From Rhizodiscina lignyota (Eukaryota): DNA of 64,000 nucleotides. How positions within the stretch are numbered: the first letter of the stretch is position 1; every line of letters begins with the position of its first letter. Where the stretch lies: the NCBI GenBank assembly GCA_010015805.1, contig ML978124.1, forward strand, positions 1,116,001 to 1,180,000. Direction: 5' to 3'. This document shows positions 1 through 12,502 of this stretch, piece by piece. Under the pieces are notes generated by a model that worked only from the letters and a program-made list of their open reading frames with translations, did not search any database and was not told the DNA's origin. A program made the position numbers and the translations under genes.

Positions 1-1392
1 CACAGGTAGTAGCATTTTCCCTCTCGCTCTCATGATTGATAATTGATAAGAAGGACGCAATTCTGGCTTCTTGTCTGAACGACTGGCGATGAGATGTTCG
101 ACTTAATGCCCTTCTCGGGCACTGCGGAACATTCCGATCAAGTATTGGACATGTGTCGATCCTTTCTTTTCCTTCTCGCTAGGAAAGCACATCAAATGCA
201 CGAAATATCGCCGAAAATATGCAACTAATGCGGAGTTGCCCGCTCTCAGCCACCATTGGCCATCTCATTGAGAGATCGCACGTGAGTGAACAGAAATGGA
301 CGCCAAGAGAGAAGAACAAGTGAAGAATTGGCAATATCCCTACTTGAGGCCATAACATTTGCAGTGGACATCGGTCTGCATCATAATACGTATGGAGGGA
401 TAGAGGAGATCTAGGCGGATGAGCCGGAACGCCATACGCTTTGGACACTTTCTTCCTGGACATTGTCCTATGAAATTCAGAAATACAGCGTTTGTCTAGG
501 TCTTCATTAGTGTAGAGCTTGATGCATATTCACAGTACTTGTCGCTGTGAATGCCATTCCTGCAGTTTAGATGCTATCGCAAGTCCTAAGTGTCCAAGAG
601 GGTCACAAAAAAGTTTGCCGCAGCTTCCAGGACACTAGACAGCATCTGTATAAACCCTCTATATAACGTAGGGTACAAATTTCCATAGCTACTATTGCTT
701 GATACACTCCATAGAATATACAACCGAGCTTTCAGAGGTAGTCTCGATTCCTGTGAGGTGGAAGAGCGATCAGCCCTGCTGGCGGCCAACCATTTTGGCA
801 CCCGCTGTGGTTCCTTGTGGGACCGAAGGGAAGCGGCGGCTGGCGATCTCAGCCGCAAGATGGAAGAGAGGGCAATAGAAAAGGGTCCGCCCAAACACGC
901 CTACTCGGGTGAAGAAGGCAGTTACTGTAACATTTTAAGTTTAAGTTAACATTTGAATCGAGACGAAATCGCAGCGGCGAAGTGCCGTGGAAAGATGATA
1001 CTTGTGAACGAACTGTGACGTAAGAGGCAGGGTTCCATGTCAGGCACACCCGATTTGTGGTTGTGTGCTCATTGCTGTGTAACATCAACTTTAACACTTA
1101 ACCGACACACCTCTCCGCGCTCCTCTCACACAATCGCCCGTCATCCTGTGTAAATAGGCTTTTAGGTCATTTCTACAGGATGACTTGCCTTGAACCGTAA
1201 TCTCAAGTTCTATGTACTCTGGCAGGCTCCTACCTACTTTTGCCCGACACTGGCCGAGCTTCCCTCGAATGCCTCGCGGTATCTTTGGGTGTTCAGTTCT
1301 CCCCGTCACTCCGGCAATTTACTTCTTTGGACATACTTCTTTCTTCGCCTGTATATCAGTTTGACCCCTTTTTGATTCTCTTGTAAATTAGA

Positions 1393-3471
1393 ATGGGACT
1401 CCCACAGCGTATCACCGGCAGGGGCCGCGAAGATGACCAGAAGAGCAGCGGAGCATCCTTCAGGAGCCGCTTCAAAGGCGAAGGCAGCGTCCCGAACGCT
1501 AAGAAACCCCGGCCACGACCTCCAAATGACTTGCGAGATAATTTCCTTAAGCTCAGCTTAACCCAGAGCGTGCTGCCGAAATATACCGGGCCATACAATG
1601 TGGGAATGATGGACATCGAGGTTCCAGTGCGCAAGCCGCAGCTCTTCTCGGACATCACGCGAAAACACCAGCATCTGCTGCGGCTGGAAACCGTTCTGTT
1701 CTCTATATACTATCCTACTTTCGATGCGCAGAGCACACCGGAACCATCAGGGAGGAAGTACTGGTCCCGAGAAACATGGCTGCCACGGCCGCGCACCCAA
1801 TTGGCAAAGGGTTACGGCCGGTTTGCCGGACTTGGGGCGTTACCACCAGGAGGGAAGATAGGAGAGAAATGGGAAAATGTTGCAATACCCTTATTTGCTG
1901 CAACAACAATGTTCACGAAGATACCGGCTCTTAGAAACGCGCGAATTGCACGATCGTGGCCGGAGAACCCACCTGCTACCCCAGCTGTGGAGAAGCAATT
2001 CAATTTAGGCAGAGAGACGACATCGCAAGACGATCAAGAAGACCGGCCTGCCTTTCCACTTATGATTTTCAGCCACGGTCTTGGCGGCACACGGACTGTG
2101 TACTCGTCTCTCTGCGGCGAATTCGCCAGCTATGGTTTCATCGTCGTCGCTATGGAGCACCGCGATGGCTCTGGCCCCCGCACATACATCAACCATCCTA
2201 AAGACATTGACTTGGACAATGCCAATGAGGAACTACGTAAAGTGATGGACGATCATCGACCAAAAGACCGCAAGAGAGGCTACCACAAGGTCGACTACAT
2301 CTTCCCCAAAGACAACCCCTACGACACCGGTCCTCAGAACGGCAAGGGGGTGGATCGAACTTTGAGAACAGCGCAGCTACAGCTCCGTCTCGCGGAGATT
2401 GAAGAAGCTTACCACCTCATAAGCGAGATCCACGCCGGCCGCGGCGCAGAAGTCGCAAAGCACAACATCCGCAAGAAAGGGTACGTCGCCAGCTCGTCGC
2501 GTGGACTGGAAGGTGTCGACTGGAGCACATGGAAAAGCTCCTTCCGCCTCGACAACGTCACCATTCTCGGCCACTCCTTTGGCGCCGCAACCTCCGTCGA
2601 GCTTCTCCGCGACCGCAAGCGCTTCCCACACGTGCGGCAAGGCATCATCTACGACATCTGGGGCGCGGCAGTCCGCCCGCCTGATAATCCTATCGAAGAA
2701 CACATCGCTTGCCCACTCCTCGCTTTGAACAGCGAAGCCTTCAGCTACTGGTCCTCCAACTTCCGCACCGTGGACTCTCTCATCGCCGAGGCACGCTCAG
2801 ACCCGCATCCGGCGCCATCATGGCTGCTCACCGTGCGCGGGACAATACATATCAGCCAATCCGACTTCTCTATCCTCTACCCCAACCTCAGCGCCTTTAT
2901 GCTCCGCGCCACTGCAAACCCGCGTCGCGCTGTGGACGTGAACGTCTCCGCCACGTTCGAGTTTCTCATGAAGACCGACGAGGGCGTCCGCGAGCTCGCT
3001 AAGCATACGATGAGCAACCGCGAAGACGAAGGCTTCCTGGAAAGTGACAACACGATCCGCCGCATGCCGAGTAACCGGAGGCCGAAGGAGGAGTGGATGG
3101 CGCTCAAGCTGAACGCCCCGGAAGAGGAAATTAAGGCGAGGATCCTGCCAAGGTTAGTCAGGACTCTGAAGAGGACGAAGAACCCGGGAGGCTGGAAGAC
3201 CAGCGACGAGGTATGGGTTCATGTGAGGAGCGATGAAGGGGAAGTACAGGAGTGGTTGGAGGGTCAGGTCGGTGGATCGGAAGGGCGTGGCCACGAAGGG
3301 TTGACGAAGAAAGTCGCAGGGGCGCATAAGGCTGTTAAGGAAGGCGGACGTGTGGAGAGGGATGAGGATGAGGTGGCCGCTGACGACAGGGCGCAGAGAA
3401 AGTCACAGGGGAATGTGCTGATGGATCATTTGAGGCGTGTGCCCAATGATGAGAGGAGTGGTCGGCCGTGA
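1393..3471 (+). CDS. Platelet-activating factor acetylhydrolase (PAF-AH II family, alpha/beta hydrolase)
   Basis: Intronless 692-aa ORF with FPLMIFSHGLGGTRTVYS, LAS-like FASYGFIVVAMEHRDGS, nucleophile motif GHSFG and GTIHISQSDF, all typical of fungal PAF-AH proteins. Confidence 0.88.
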   Translation: MGLPQRITGRGREDDQKSSGASFRSRFKGEGSVPNAKKPRPRPPNDLRDNFLKLSLTQSVLPKYTGPYNVGMMDIEVPVRKPQLFSDITRKHQHLLRLETVLFSIYYPTFDAQSTPEPSGRKYWSRETWLPRPRTQLAKGYGRFAGLGALPPGGKIGEKWENVAIPLFAATTMFTKIPALRNARIARSWPENPPATPAVEKQFNLGRETTSQDDQEDRPAFPLMIFSHGLGGTRTVYSSLCGEFASYGFIVVAMEHRDGSGPRTYINHPKDIDLDNANEELRKVMDDHRPKDRKRGYHKVDYIFPKDNPYDTGPQNGKGVDRTLRTAQLQLRLAEIEEAYHLISEIHAGRGAEVAKHNIRKKGYVASSSRGLEGVDWSTWKSSFRLDNVTILGHSFGAATSVELLRDRKRFPHVRQGIIYDIWGAAVRPPDNPIEEHIACPLLALNSEAFSYWSSNFRTVDSLIAEARSDPHPAPSWLLTVRGTIHISQSDFSILYPNLSAFMLRATANPRRAVDVNVSATFEFLMKTDEGVRELAKHTMSNREDEGFLESDNTIRRMPSNRRPKEEWMALKLNAPEEEIKARILPRLVRTLKRTKNPGGWKTSDEVWVHVRSDEGEVQEWLEGQVGGSEGRGHEGLTKKVAGAHKAVKEGGRVERDEDEVAADDRAQRKSQGNVLMDHLRRVPNDERSGRP

Positions 3472-3664
3472 CGAATGGCGCTGTCCTCAATACTGAATTT
3501 GTTTAACGTTGATCGTAGCGAAATCAGTGCTACGTCTGAGATTCGATTGATTATCGAGTTATTTGCCGTTAGAGCAATTGGAAGCGAAGTCCCTTCCGAG
3601 CATGAAAGCTCATAAGCTTCCCCCAGTAACCATGTGCAATGGTCCCCGAAACCCATGATATCCT

Positions 3665-5876
3665 CTAGTGAACAGCAATCAAAGAATTATGCAGTGCCTG
3701 ATCGACATCTGTCCTTCTGAAGCCAGGTGTGCGCCCTAAACATACAGCGCCGCGAATAAGCTCTGCATCACATAAGTCAGCAACGATTCCTCGTGTCAGA
3801 TTTTAAATTTATCAGAGAATCACGTACCATCAATCATCTTCCCTACATCAACAGTCACACTCCGTTTCCTCCTCTTCGCAGATACCATCGCTGTGCCAGT
3901 GGCGCCGCCCCTCGAGAACTCCATCGCAGGCTCGTTTACGCTCTCGGCGGTTGAGCCAGTCGTCAGCACCGGGCTGGTGCCACTGCCGAAGTTCGGGTCG
4001 TCGAACCATGCAGAGCTGCTGAAGTCGTTGATCCGACCAATACCACCAAAGTCCAAGCCCATGCCGTCCGGGAATAGGGAGTTCGTGTCGAAGCCTGACA
4101 CCCGGTCAAAGGCAGCGAGGTCGTGGAAGATGCCATTCCAAGGCGATTCACCCGATCTCTTGTCTTTTTCGCCCAGACCCACCACGGTGTTGGGCGAGCG
4201 AGCATAAGGGGGTGAGAAGTCGTTCGAGACAGTAGGAGTCGAGCTGAGGATCTCTGGGCCCAGGGCCTCTTCGTCGATATCGCTGACCTCACCTTCGACG
4301 AAGTGTGCTTGGGCTTCGAGTTTGAGGCCGCGCTCCTGCAGGTAGCCTTCGACGTCTGTGGGGTCCAACCACTCTCCTTCGTAACCATCCGGGACCTGGT
4401 CGTCCGTTTGGGAAAGCATCATCGTCTCCGCGAGATCCATGCCGATTGATTGTTCGGTGTTTTGCAGCTGTGGAAGTCTACCGAATGGGCCGATGCGTTT
4501 CTGACTCCCTTTAATAATGTTCCTGTCCGAGTCGCGTTTCGCGTAGTGTGTGCCGGCGCCGCCGAAGTTGAGATACGGTCCGCCATGGTTGTCGAGCGAC
4601 TCACCGGGGCCACGTGACAGTATCTGCCGCAGGCGTGCGCGGACGTCGTTGCGGGTGCTGAAGCGTAGGGTTAGTCCGAAGACTTCGGCGAAGCGTTGAG
4701 GACGGAGTTCGGCCTGGGAGATGAGGTGGAAGCCGCGTTCAATGGCGGCGCGGTGAAGGCGTCGGGCAAAGGTTGTCTCTTGAAAGGAGTAGGTATATGG
4801 GAGGCCGAGCTTGGTTGAGATCATTGGGGAGGCGATAGGAGGGGTTGCGAGAGCTCGGGAAGCGCTGGGGAAGATGGCGAAGGGGCCGTCGGCGAGCGTG
4901 AGGGTTGCAGAGGAGTCAACTTGTGCCTTGTCGGAGATGGCGGGTGGAGAAGGAATCATGGCGTTGAATTGGCTCAGGTTCAGGCCGTAGTTGTGTGCAT
5001 TTGAGTTCGATGTGATGTCCATTATTTCGTCCCCAGTGGTCGTGGAGGCCTGGAGGTCGTCAAGCCCGAAGAAGGGAAGGTTGAGAGTAGAGTTGGATTC
5101 GCGAAAACGTTGCAGGAGATGTGGGGCGTCATTCATCTTGACGCCAGGAAGGAATTCATTTTGAGGTTCTGCAGAGGCTCGTGTGGAAGAGGAATTGCTG
5201 GTATCTCCAATCGTTTGGGTGTAACCCCAGCCAATGTCTCGAAGGACATTAGACTCGTTCATGGTCAGGTCCAGCTCTTGCTCATGCGGGCCAGTAGTAG
5301 GGGTGGGTTTCGATTTCCTAGGAGCTTCAATAGCAAGTTGCTCCTCTTCTTGATCTTCTCCGTCAGATCCGCTTGCACCACTGGAGGCATTACGGGCAAG
5401 CGTAAGGAAATGCTCCGTCGTAGCTCTGAGCTCACGTGCCAAGTCTGCGTTGAGTCCTATGACGCCGGATGAGACCGCGCGGTCGTTGAAATTGAGAAAC
5501 GACTTGTTCATTTCGTCAATGGTACTCTGTAGGTCGCCGACTTGCTTCTTCAATGAGGCAATGGTGGTCTCTTTCCGCTGACGGTACGCTCGTTGAGCCA
5601 AACGGATTTGCGTTCGCCGGCGCTAGTCGCGGTGTCAGTATGAGCCTCAAATACAACATGACACTCGATAGAAGATCAAATGCGAGAAATGGCATCGAAT
5701 CTGAGGGTCATAGAGATGGAACCTACGTCTGCGGCAGTCTCATCTTGAGCCTCCACGCGAGGTCTTCCTCTCGCCTTCTTCGCATCTTCACCATCTTTGC
5801 CGGCCTTCGTAGCTGTTCTTTGTCGTTTTCTCGAATTCGGTGCCTGGCTGGTACCTTCACTGTCTGATGAAGGCAT
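3665..5876 (-). CDS. bZIP transcription factor (3 exons: 5876-5727, 5622-3828, 3762-3665)
   Basis: Spliced basic region reads ARGRPRVEAQDETAAD|RRRTQIRLAQRAYRQRKETTIASLKKQVGDL. Introns have GTAGGT/TAG and GTACGT/CAG ends. The last exon ELIRGAVCLGRTPGFRRTDVDQAL* is a C-terminus seen in this fungal bZIP group. Confidence 0.85.
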
Positions 5877-7841
5877 TATTGTCTGATATCTTGGGTTTCC
5901 AGCGAGTCCCGCAATCCGGTGGAGTTGGACCCTGCGCACGAATCACGACCGACGAGTCTGGGCGGATCTGCAAATTGAGGTCCCACTTCTTCCTCAAGCC
6001 ACAGATAATGTACTCTCGCAGCTTCTGGCAGAGGCAAACAATAGAAAGTTTGAAATCAGAAAGGAAGGGCCTCAGGAATCGAGATATTTCTTTGCCCCTC
6101 TGACACGCACGCGCTCTCTAGCATAGAGGTTAAACCCCGGTGGGCGTAGGCACTATTTCGTGTGAGGATGCAAGCAGAATGCTAGCTTGGTAAGCCGCAT
6201 CAGCGGTCGAGGAGAGTCTGTGCAGTCTTTTCCCTCTTAGGTAAGAAGTCTCTGGGGAGACGAGGGGTGCTTCTGATACACTCCGGTCAGTATGGATTGT
6301 ACAGCGCGCTCAATAGCATAGCAGCGAGATGTCTCCGAAACGCGCCCTCCGATGGCGCCATTAAAGGCACCTGTTCGTCATTTCGACATTCGTTCCTCGG
6401 CGAGCTGTAGGGCTGAAGGCATTTGATCAGTGCTGCCGTGGAAGTGAGGGCATTTGTGATTACTGATCAGTAATCATATTCTGAACATCCGAGGAGTCTT
6501 AGTCACTCCAACCCTAACTTAACCTCATGGAAATCTCCGAGAGCGACTGCGACCGATGATGTATGCTCCCGTTCAACGTGCTAAAAAGAGTTCCTGATAT
6601 GGCTTGAGATAGGTAAGGTATGCTAGAAGCGGGAGACCTGTCTTGTTCGGAGTCCAGGAGATCAATTCATGATGCCCATTCTGTACCCGGCAATAGATCT
6701 GCTGTCCGAGATGAGATCTGGCTCCACTGAAAGGTAACTTTCATCAAACTATATTTGAATGTCAAGCAATTTAATCTTGGCTAAATTGCTGGTTTCGCCA
6801 AGTATAAGAAGTGTTTCTTTCGGTCGGGACTAGTCTGCAGCTACGCATGTACGCAGAGCAGAGGGCTCGCAAACTGCATTGCTAACTATTGTGCAAGTTC
6901 ATATTAGCGCCAGCATGACTACATCTGAGCCAGCCGACTGCATAGTTTCAAGCTCTAATCGGACTTCTTGGGGCACATTCATCTCCCAACTATCATGCTA
7001 TGCAGCATGAGCAATGAGACTCCTTACAGTGCGCTCACATCGGTGCCTCCGTAGCTTCATTTTCGGTATTCTTACGCGCGAGGCGACATCGGTCGCTCCG
7101 AACACTTCAAACCACCAATTGCCCGACTGGCCTGAGCACACTAATCACGTAGCGGTCATTCTCAGACACGAATGGCAGAAATTGTTCTAGTGTGTTCATA
7201 TTAGAGCAACCAATCCAGAACCACAACAACCAGCCAGGCCCATTCCAAATTTATAGTGGCACAAATCGATCGATATACTCGTGCCGGGGTCTGTGCGGCT
7301 ACGTGCCGCAACTTGGTGTGCACACCTATGAGCAATGCCGCAGTTGAGGAGGAGGCAAAGCAGCTTAGGTTATTAAGGCCAGATTCTATCAGTCAAGCAT
7401 CCTTCCATTACGGCCGGCAGAGTCTTGCAATCTAATGTTGGGCCGCTTTGTGCTGACATTTCTCAAGCTCGCACCCGTTTCGAATCTATCGATGTACTGT
7501 GACCAGAAGGCCGGTCCCTCGGGCGGCGCCACTTGGTTTGCATGCATATAAGGCCGATTGCGGCAGCGAAAGCGGCAAGTCCTCAGCCTCATTCAAGATG
7601 GTTGCCTTCTAAAGGGAGCTCTTTCTACCGGATTCTAAAGGATGTCTGCAGAGGTTGTTCACTTTCAGCGGAAGACTCTTCCGCGTAACTGAGACTAGCG
7701 CAAAGCATCAACATACGTTCTGGAAAACTACTATTCCGTGCTTTCGACACAGGTATGCCTGGACATGCTGTACGCTGTCAGGTCTGCTCTTCTCTTTGTC
7801 GGGCTCCCGGGTGCACTCTTCGATGTGCCTGCAGGGAACAT

Positions 7842-8194
7842 TCATCGGCATCTATCGGACTACGTCGAGAAATGATGCCCGGAATCAAGCAGGCACACCA
7901 CATCCCGGAGAATCCGCAACGCTAAGCATCAGTGTGGTTATTGCCGGGAGCTCCATCTTACACTCTGTCGGACTTTCTAAACTTCTTTGCCTGCGCTCGC
8001 GGTACTTTATCCAGCCTCTCGCCGCAGCTCTTTATCTAAGCCGATACCCATTGCGGAAAATCAGCTACTTCTATCCGACTATATAGGGAAATCATATCTG
8101 GAGCTAAGCAGGTACACTACCTCCCGAAAGGCCTGTAGTGCTGAGCATCGATTTGGTTATCGGCAGGAACTCCACATGCCACTCTGTTGGACTT
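7842..8194. repeat. Diverged direct duplication, 219-bp period (copies 7842-7975 and 8061-8194)
   Basis: Ungapped manual alignment gives about 93/134 identical bases (~69%), mostly transitions, e.g. CACTCTGTCGGACTT vs CACTCTGTTGGACTT. Confidence 0.8.
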
Positions 8195-8896
8195 GCGAGT
8201 CATTGTTCGTCTGTGTTCACGGTGCCCTATCAAATGCCACACCGCGCCTCTTTGCCAGAGCCAGTACTGGACATGGAGGATCATCCACATCAGCCGTCGC
8301 TGCGGAATAGCTGCGGCATAGCTGCGAAGCTGGCCGGGGCGAAGGAGCTGGGAGAGCATGGACTTGTTAGCGAATGTTGTGGCATAGAAGGTTGATTCAT
8401 GCAAAGAAAGAAGATATAAATGAATAAACGAGACGAATTGAACTAGTTTTATCGTACGATAGCATCTTGCTTGATATGCTAATGATACCTGCAACCCGAA
8501 ATCCACCGCGGGCCCGATTATTTATTACTTTGTAAAAGATGAGTTGCTCCTTACGGCGACGTTCTTTGAGAGTAGGCTTGGAAGCTTACTTTCAGAATGC
8601 TAGTGTGATATCTTTCGTTTGCATTGTCCGTATAAAGCTACTGGCCCAAATTTGCATATGCCGAGATATTTACAACTCCATTGCTATACTACATGTATTG
8701 CAATTCACTTGTTTAACCGCTGAAAGAGACCAGTGATGGCTCGACTTTATCGGGGGCCAACTGCATCCTCATCAAGTCGCTTCCCCACGCCCTAAGGAAG
8801 TGTACTGTCGCATAGATGTTCCCAATCCACTGCGCTCAGAGTTGTTAAGCTATGCCACGCTTCAACGTTGCATCTCCTACGAGTGCCATAGCATCG

Positions 8897-10132
8897 CTAT
8901 TTGGCCCACCTTGAGAGCGAAGGCTGATGCTGATTGCCATTGCAGAACTTCCGCTTTATGTTCATATTGCGGCTTCTACAGAATGCGAAGTAAGCATCTG
9001 GAAGAGCCATAACCTGCTTCCAGCGAGCCAGCGTTGATAGCTCTTGCCAATTTGTGTCAGGAGTCTGCTTGGGATGGAGTTGGAACTTCGCTTTCTGATT
9101 CGTGATTGAGAAGTAGATGTAATGGCGCTCGCCGTCGAGACCAATCACCTGTGCGCCCTCGTCGTCGAACACGTTCGCGTCTTTGACCATGTTGGCTTTG
9201 CGGAGTGTAACTTGTTTCCCTGCCTTCGTATGCGCAATCATTGTATCGTCTGATGGAGATTGGCCCTTCTGCAAAATGAGGTGTTTGCAGATTCCATCCT
9301 GACACTGGAGCTGGAGGGCCGTGGCATCCTTGGACGTCTTGCGTCGTTTCGGAGCTGGAGCATCGCCCTCGGGCTCGGAACCACTACCTGTGTCACGAAG
9401 GAGCGCAGTGCCACCGTCGATTTCGGAAGTAGTATCCTTATCAGTATGGGAAGGGACATCACCCTTGGAATCGGGAGTAGCGGTTGGGAGCGCAGATTTA
9501 GGCACCCATACCGTGTATGGGTGAAGCCGCCGAGGTACTGGTTGTTCTGAAATTATTAATCTGTCGAATACATGTAAGGATGAGCTGTGCTAACCAAGTG
9601 GCACTGCTTGAAGGATCTTATAGACGTTAAGACAACTTAAAGAAAAGCCGTGGGGGAGCCAGCAATTAATGCATGGCGGATTTTGAGGCCCAATACCGTT
9701 GACCAAGCAGTTGTCGACGAGAAGTTTCGCTGTAGAAGGCAGTACTTCATCGTCCGGACGACATTGGCGGCCAATACGATAGAGCTGTTCGCCATTCATG
9801 CATGCCAAGTCCAACAGGACGTCGGCCATGAGAGCCATGCATTCCGCTACCTTGGTGTTGTTTCGACTACAGATATGCGCGGCGATTTCGTCCTGCAGAT
9901 CCATCGCTTTTGTCTGAAGCTCTATGAACTTTCGACCGTCCGTAATGGGGAGACGAGCTCGATCAATGCCAATGGAAACTGTGAGCTGGAATGGGGAGGC
10001 TGTTAAATAATCTAATTAGTTGTACACAGTATAGAGCAATCGGAAATGGCCATCCTCACATGTATCAACGTCTCCAACATATTCCAGAAGCTTCTTTCGC
10101 CGATCAGCAGCTTCAGGAGAGATAGATGCCAT
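8897..10132 (-). CDS. Orphan hypothetical protein, ~375 aa (exons 10132-10060, 9999-9595, 9546-8897)
   Basis: GCCACCATGG start context. Introns GTGAGG..CTAAT..CAG (10059-10000) and GTTAGC..CAG (9594-9547) join three open frames in phase (1128 nt). NLS-like PKRRK is present. No family recognised. Confidence 0.6.
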
Positions 10133-10419
10133 GGTGGCTTTATAGCCGGCTGAGGAGCAGCAAAGAATCCTATACGCTAAGTGCTAATGAAATATTAGCA
10201 AGAGGATTGCTATGAAAGCTTTGCGAGCAGCATAGATAGAGTATCTTCTAACCTTTGAAGGCCGGTTTATGCAGAGCATACACGAGACACTCAATGGTAC
10301 TAGAAGTTGTTCCTTGTGAGGTCGGTGGGATGCGGGTGCGCAGTAGAAGTCGGGGGAGAGAGAGTGTATGTATTGTGTTTCGACGCGAGGAGTGCCTCAT
10401 GGAAGGAAACTCGTGTCAC

Positions 10420-11440
10420 ATACTTAGTCTCCCGGAGAGCTCGACGGACACCCTACCGTCCAAAAGTGTTCCATCCGCCAAACGAAGCCCAGTGACCACT
10501 CCAGATCTCTCTATGATTACAGGCAGAATGCCCTTTATTCTCGGCCCGTCCTTCAGGGTTTGGTTGTAGTCTGTAGAGCCGATACAGTATGGTGTTAGAG
10601 AGAACACCAGGTCGCCATTTCCGTTGAGGCCACGCAGGCATATTGGTGAAGACACATACGAATGCAACAGCCTTTGCTCATTGCGGCCCAAGGAGATGAA
10701 TCAGCGCGAGCTAATATGGTCTGGAGTGAAGGTTTCTTGTCTTGGCGGATGGGAATTTACCATTCGTCTGCTGCTGTCGAAGGCGTCGCGAGTTGCCATA
10801 ACCCATAACGATTCAGAAGCCAGTTAAGCGTCCCATTGTCAACCGAAGTACCCAGGCGAGCATAGTCAGGTGGACAAACACAAAGAGATGAGGGACAAAA
10901 TCCAAGCCATTGCGATATGTTTGACGTTGCGGACTCATGCAAGCCAGTCTACAACAATACTATCGCTTTGCCCTGTACTCAGGTTCGACCAGATCTGCCA
11001 GAAAAGGATACCGAGTTTAGGCCGAAGAGGACAATATGGATAAGGGCGACTGAAAGATTTACAAATTCGGTGGGGCATCAAGGCGATCATCGAAGAGAGA
11101 TCCTCTTGACAAAGCCCACGACAAAACGAGAGGCAGCCCCCCTGACAAAGTCCATGGCCTTCCGGGAGCAAACAATTGACAAACCTCTTGAGAGTTTTAA
11201 ATCCCATCTGGATTAAGAGTAAATGGGCCCCATCCGATCTTCTCGGTACATTTGGTGGTGCACCACGGACTCCGCAAGGACTGGGCCAGTATCCCTGACA
11301 TGGTGTCACGCAATCGTTCCCTGCGATTGAGAAAATCGGCACATAACGGCATCGCATCGTAAAAGCTGCTAAGAGCCAAACCGCTTGTACTCACTTAAGA
11401 TGGAGGAGGCAGTGGGACCTGGCATGTTCAAACGGGACAT
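10420..11440 (-). pseudogene. Possible decayed multi-exon gene of unknown family
   Basis: ATG 11440 and intron GTGAGT..CAG (11394-11321) join in frame to ORF 10935-11357. Downstream protein-like fragments (PPDYARLGTSVDNGTLNWLL; GILPVIIERSGVVTGLRLADG, followed by a GTATGT donor) are separated by stops and frameshifts. Confidence 0.3.
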
Positions 11441-12460
11441 GATGAAAAGAGAAGTAACCCCGAAGACATCGCTGCTTTCGCAATAAAGAGATGAGAGCGC
11501 TTGAACTAAAATACATGACAAGGAAAGTAAGTGAAAAGGGAACGAGCTTATTCCTCGACAAGGCGAGATGATGAATAACATAAGATTGGAGGAAGAGCAC
11601 CCTTGTATCGGTATAGAACGGCATCAATAAGAAACCAGGAATCCGTTCTGGGGAACGAGCGGCGTGCTAGCGTCGGATCTCTCACTGATCTGTCCATGTC
11701 CTGCCTCTGGATATACATTTTGTACGATGCTCATGTCGCGGGCCAAGAAGTCTCCCTTACACGACGGCCTGCCTATTCTGACAATTGCAATAGGCTCTTG
11801 AGGTTATCTCCAATGAGCGGCGCAGTCGGAATCTCCTGCTATCATTGCCATGTTCAGGCCTTGTAAATCAGGGTCGTTGTGTCTCGTTGCTGAGTCGTGG
11901 GTAGGAGGAAAACCAGGAGATTGTACACGTCCACGCTTTCCGAGATCTATTCGCCATCAACGTCCTGAAGCACGATGCCTCCATCTATAGATGGAAGGTT
12001 CCTATTACATGGAGTCGTAGTCATAATCGTGAGACTCGATGTCCGAGGGCGATTCTTAAATTCGGTTGCGCTCTCGTCGCAGTTGTGGTTATTCGAGGAT
12101 CGGGCGACTATGTTTGTGTGCTTTACGCGTCTACTTTCATCGCGATGCTGTTAGCAGAAGACAAGAAACAAGACAGTCATAGAGTATTGCCAGATATCAG
12201 AGCAAAGAGTGTCTATTCCGCAGCGTGAAGTGTGGAGGTTGGTGTCAAGAGGAGTTGAGTGAACGATGAATGAACGATGATCCCAATCTCATGGTATATG
12301 TCATGTCTAGTATCAGGGGCTACGCTTACTAAGCGCATAAATGCTGCCAGACATGTGCTGCGCAGCCTCCGATACTTGAAGGAACTTGTTGGCGGAGACC
12401 TAAGCAGCATATGCGCCTTGGAGTACTTCTGAGTGATCGCCCTGGGGTGCCTTTGTGTGT

Positions 12461-12502
12461 TCGCTGCTTCAGCGCTCGCTGCTTCAGCGCTCGCTGCTTC
12501 AG
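12461..12502. repeat. 15-bp tandem repeat TCGCTGCTTCAGCGC x~2.8
   Basis: Exact copies at 12461-12475 and 12476-12490, a partial copy at 12491-12502, and a degenerate copy near 12515-12529. Confidence 0.85.

Noticed and set aside
1..1390. Short ORFs upstream of the PAF-AH gene
   Set aside because: No coherent gene model or motif could be supported.
12461..12502. CRISPR-like array
   Set aside because: Head-to-tail repeats without spacers, in a eukaryotic genome with no cas genes.
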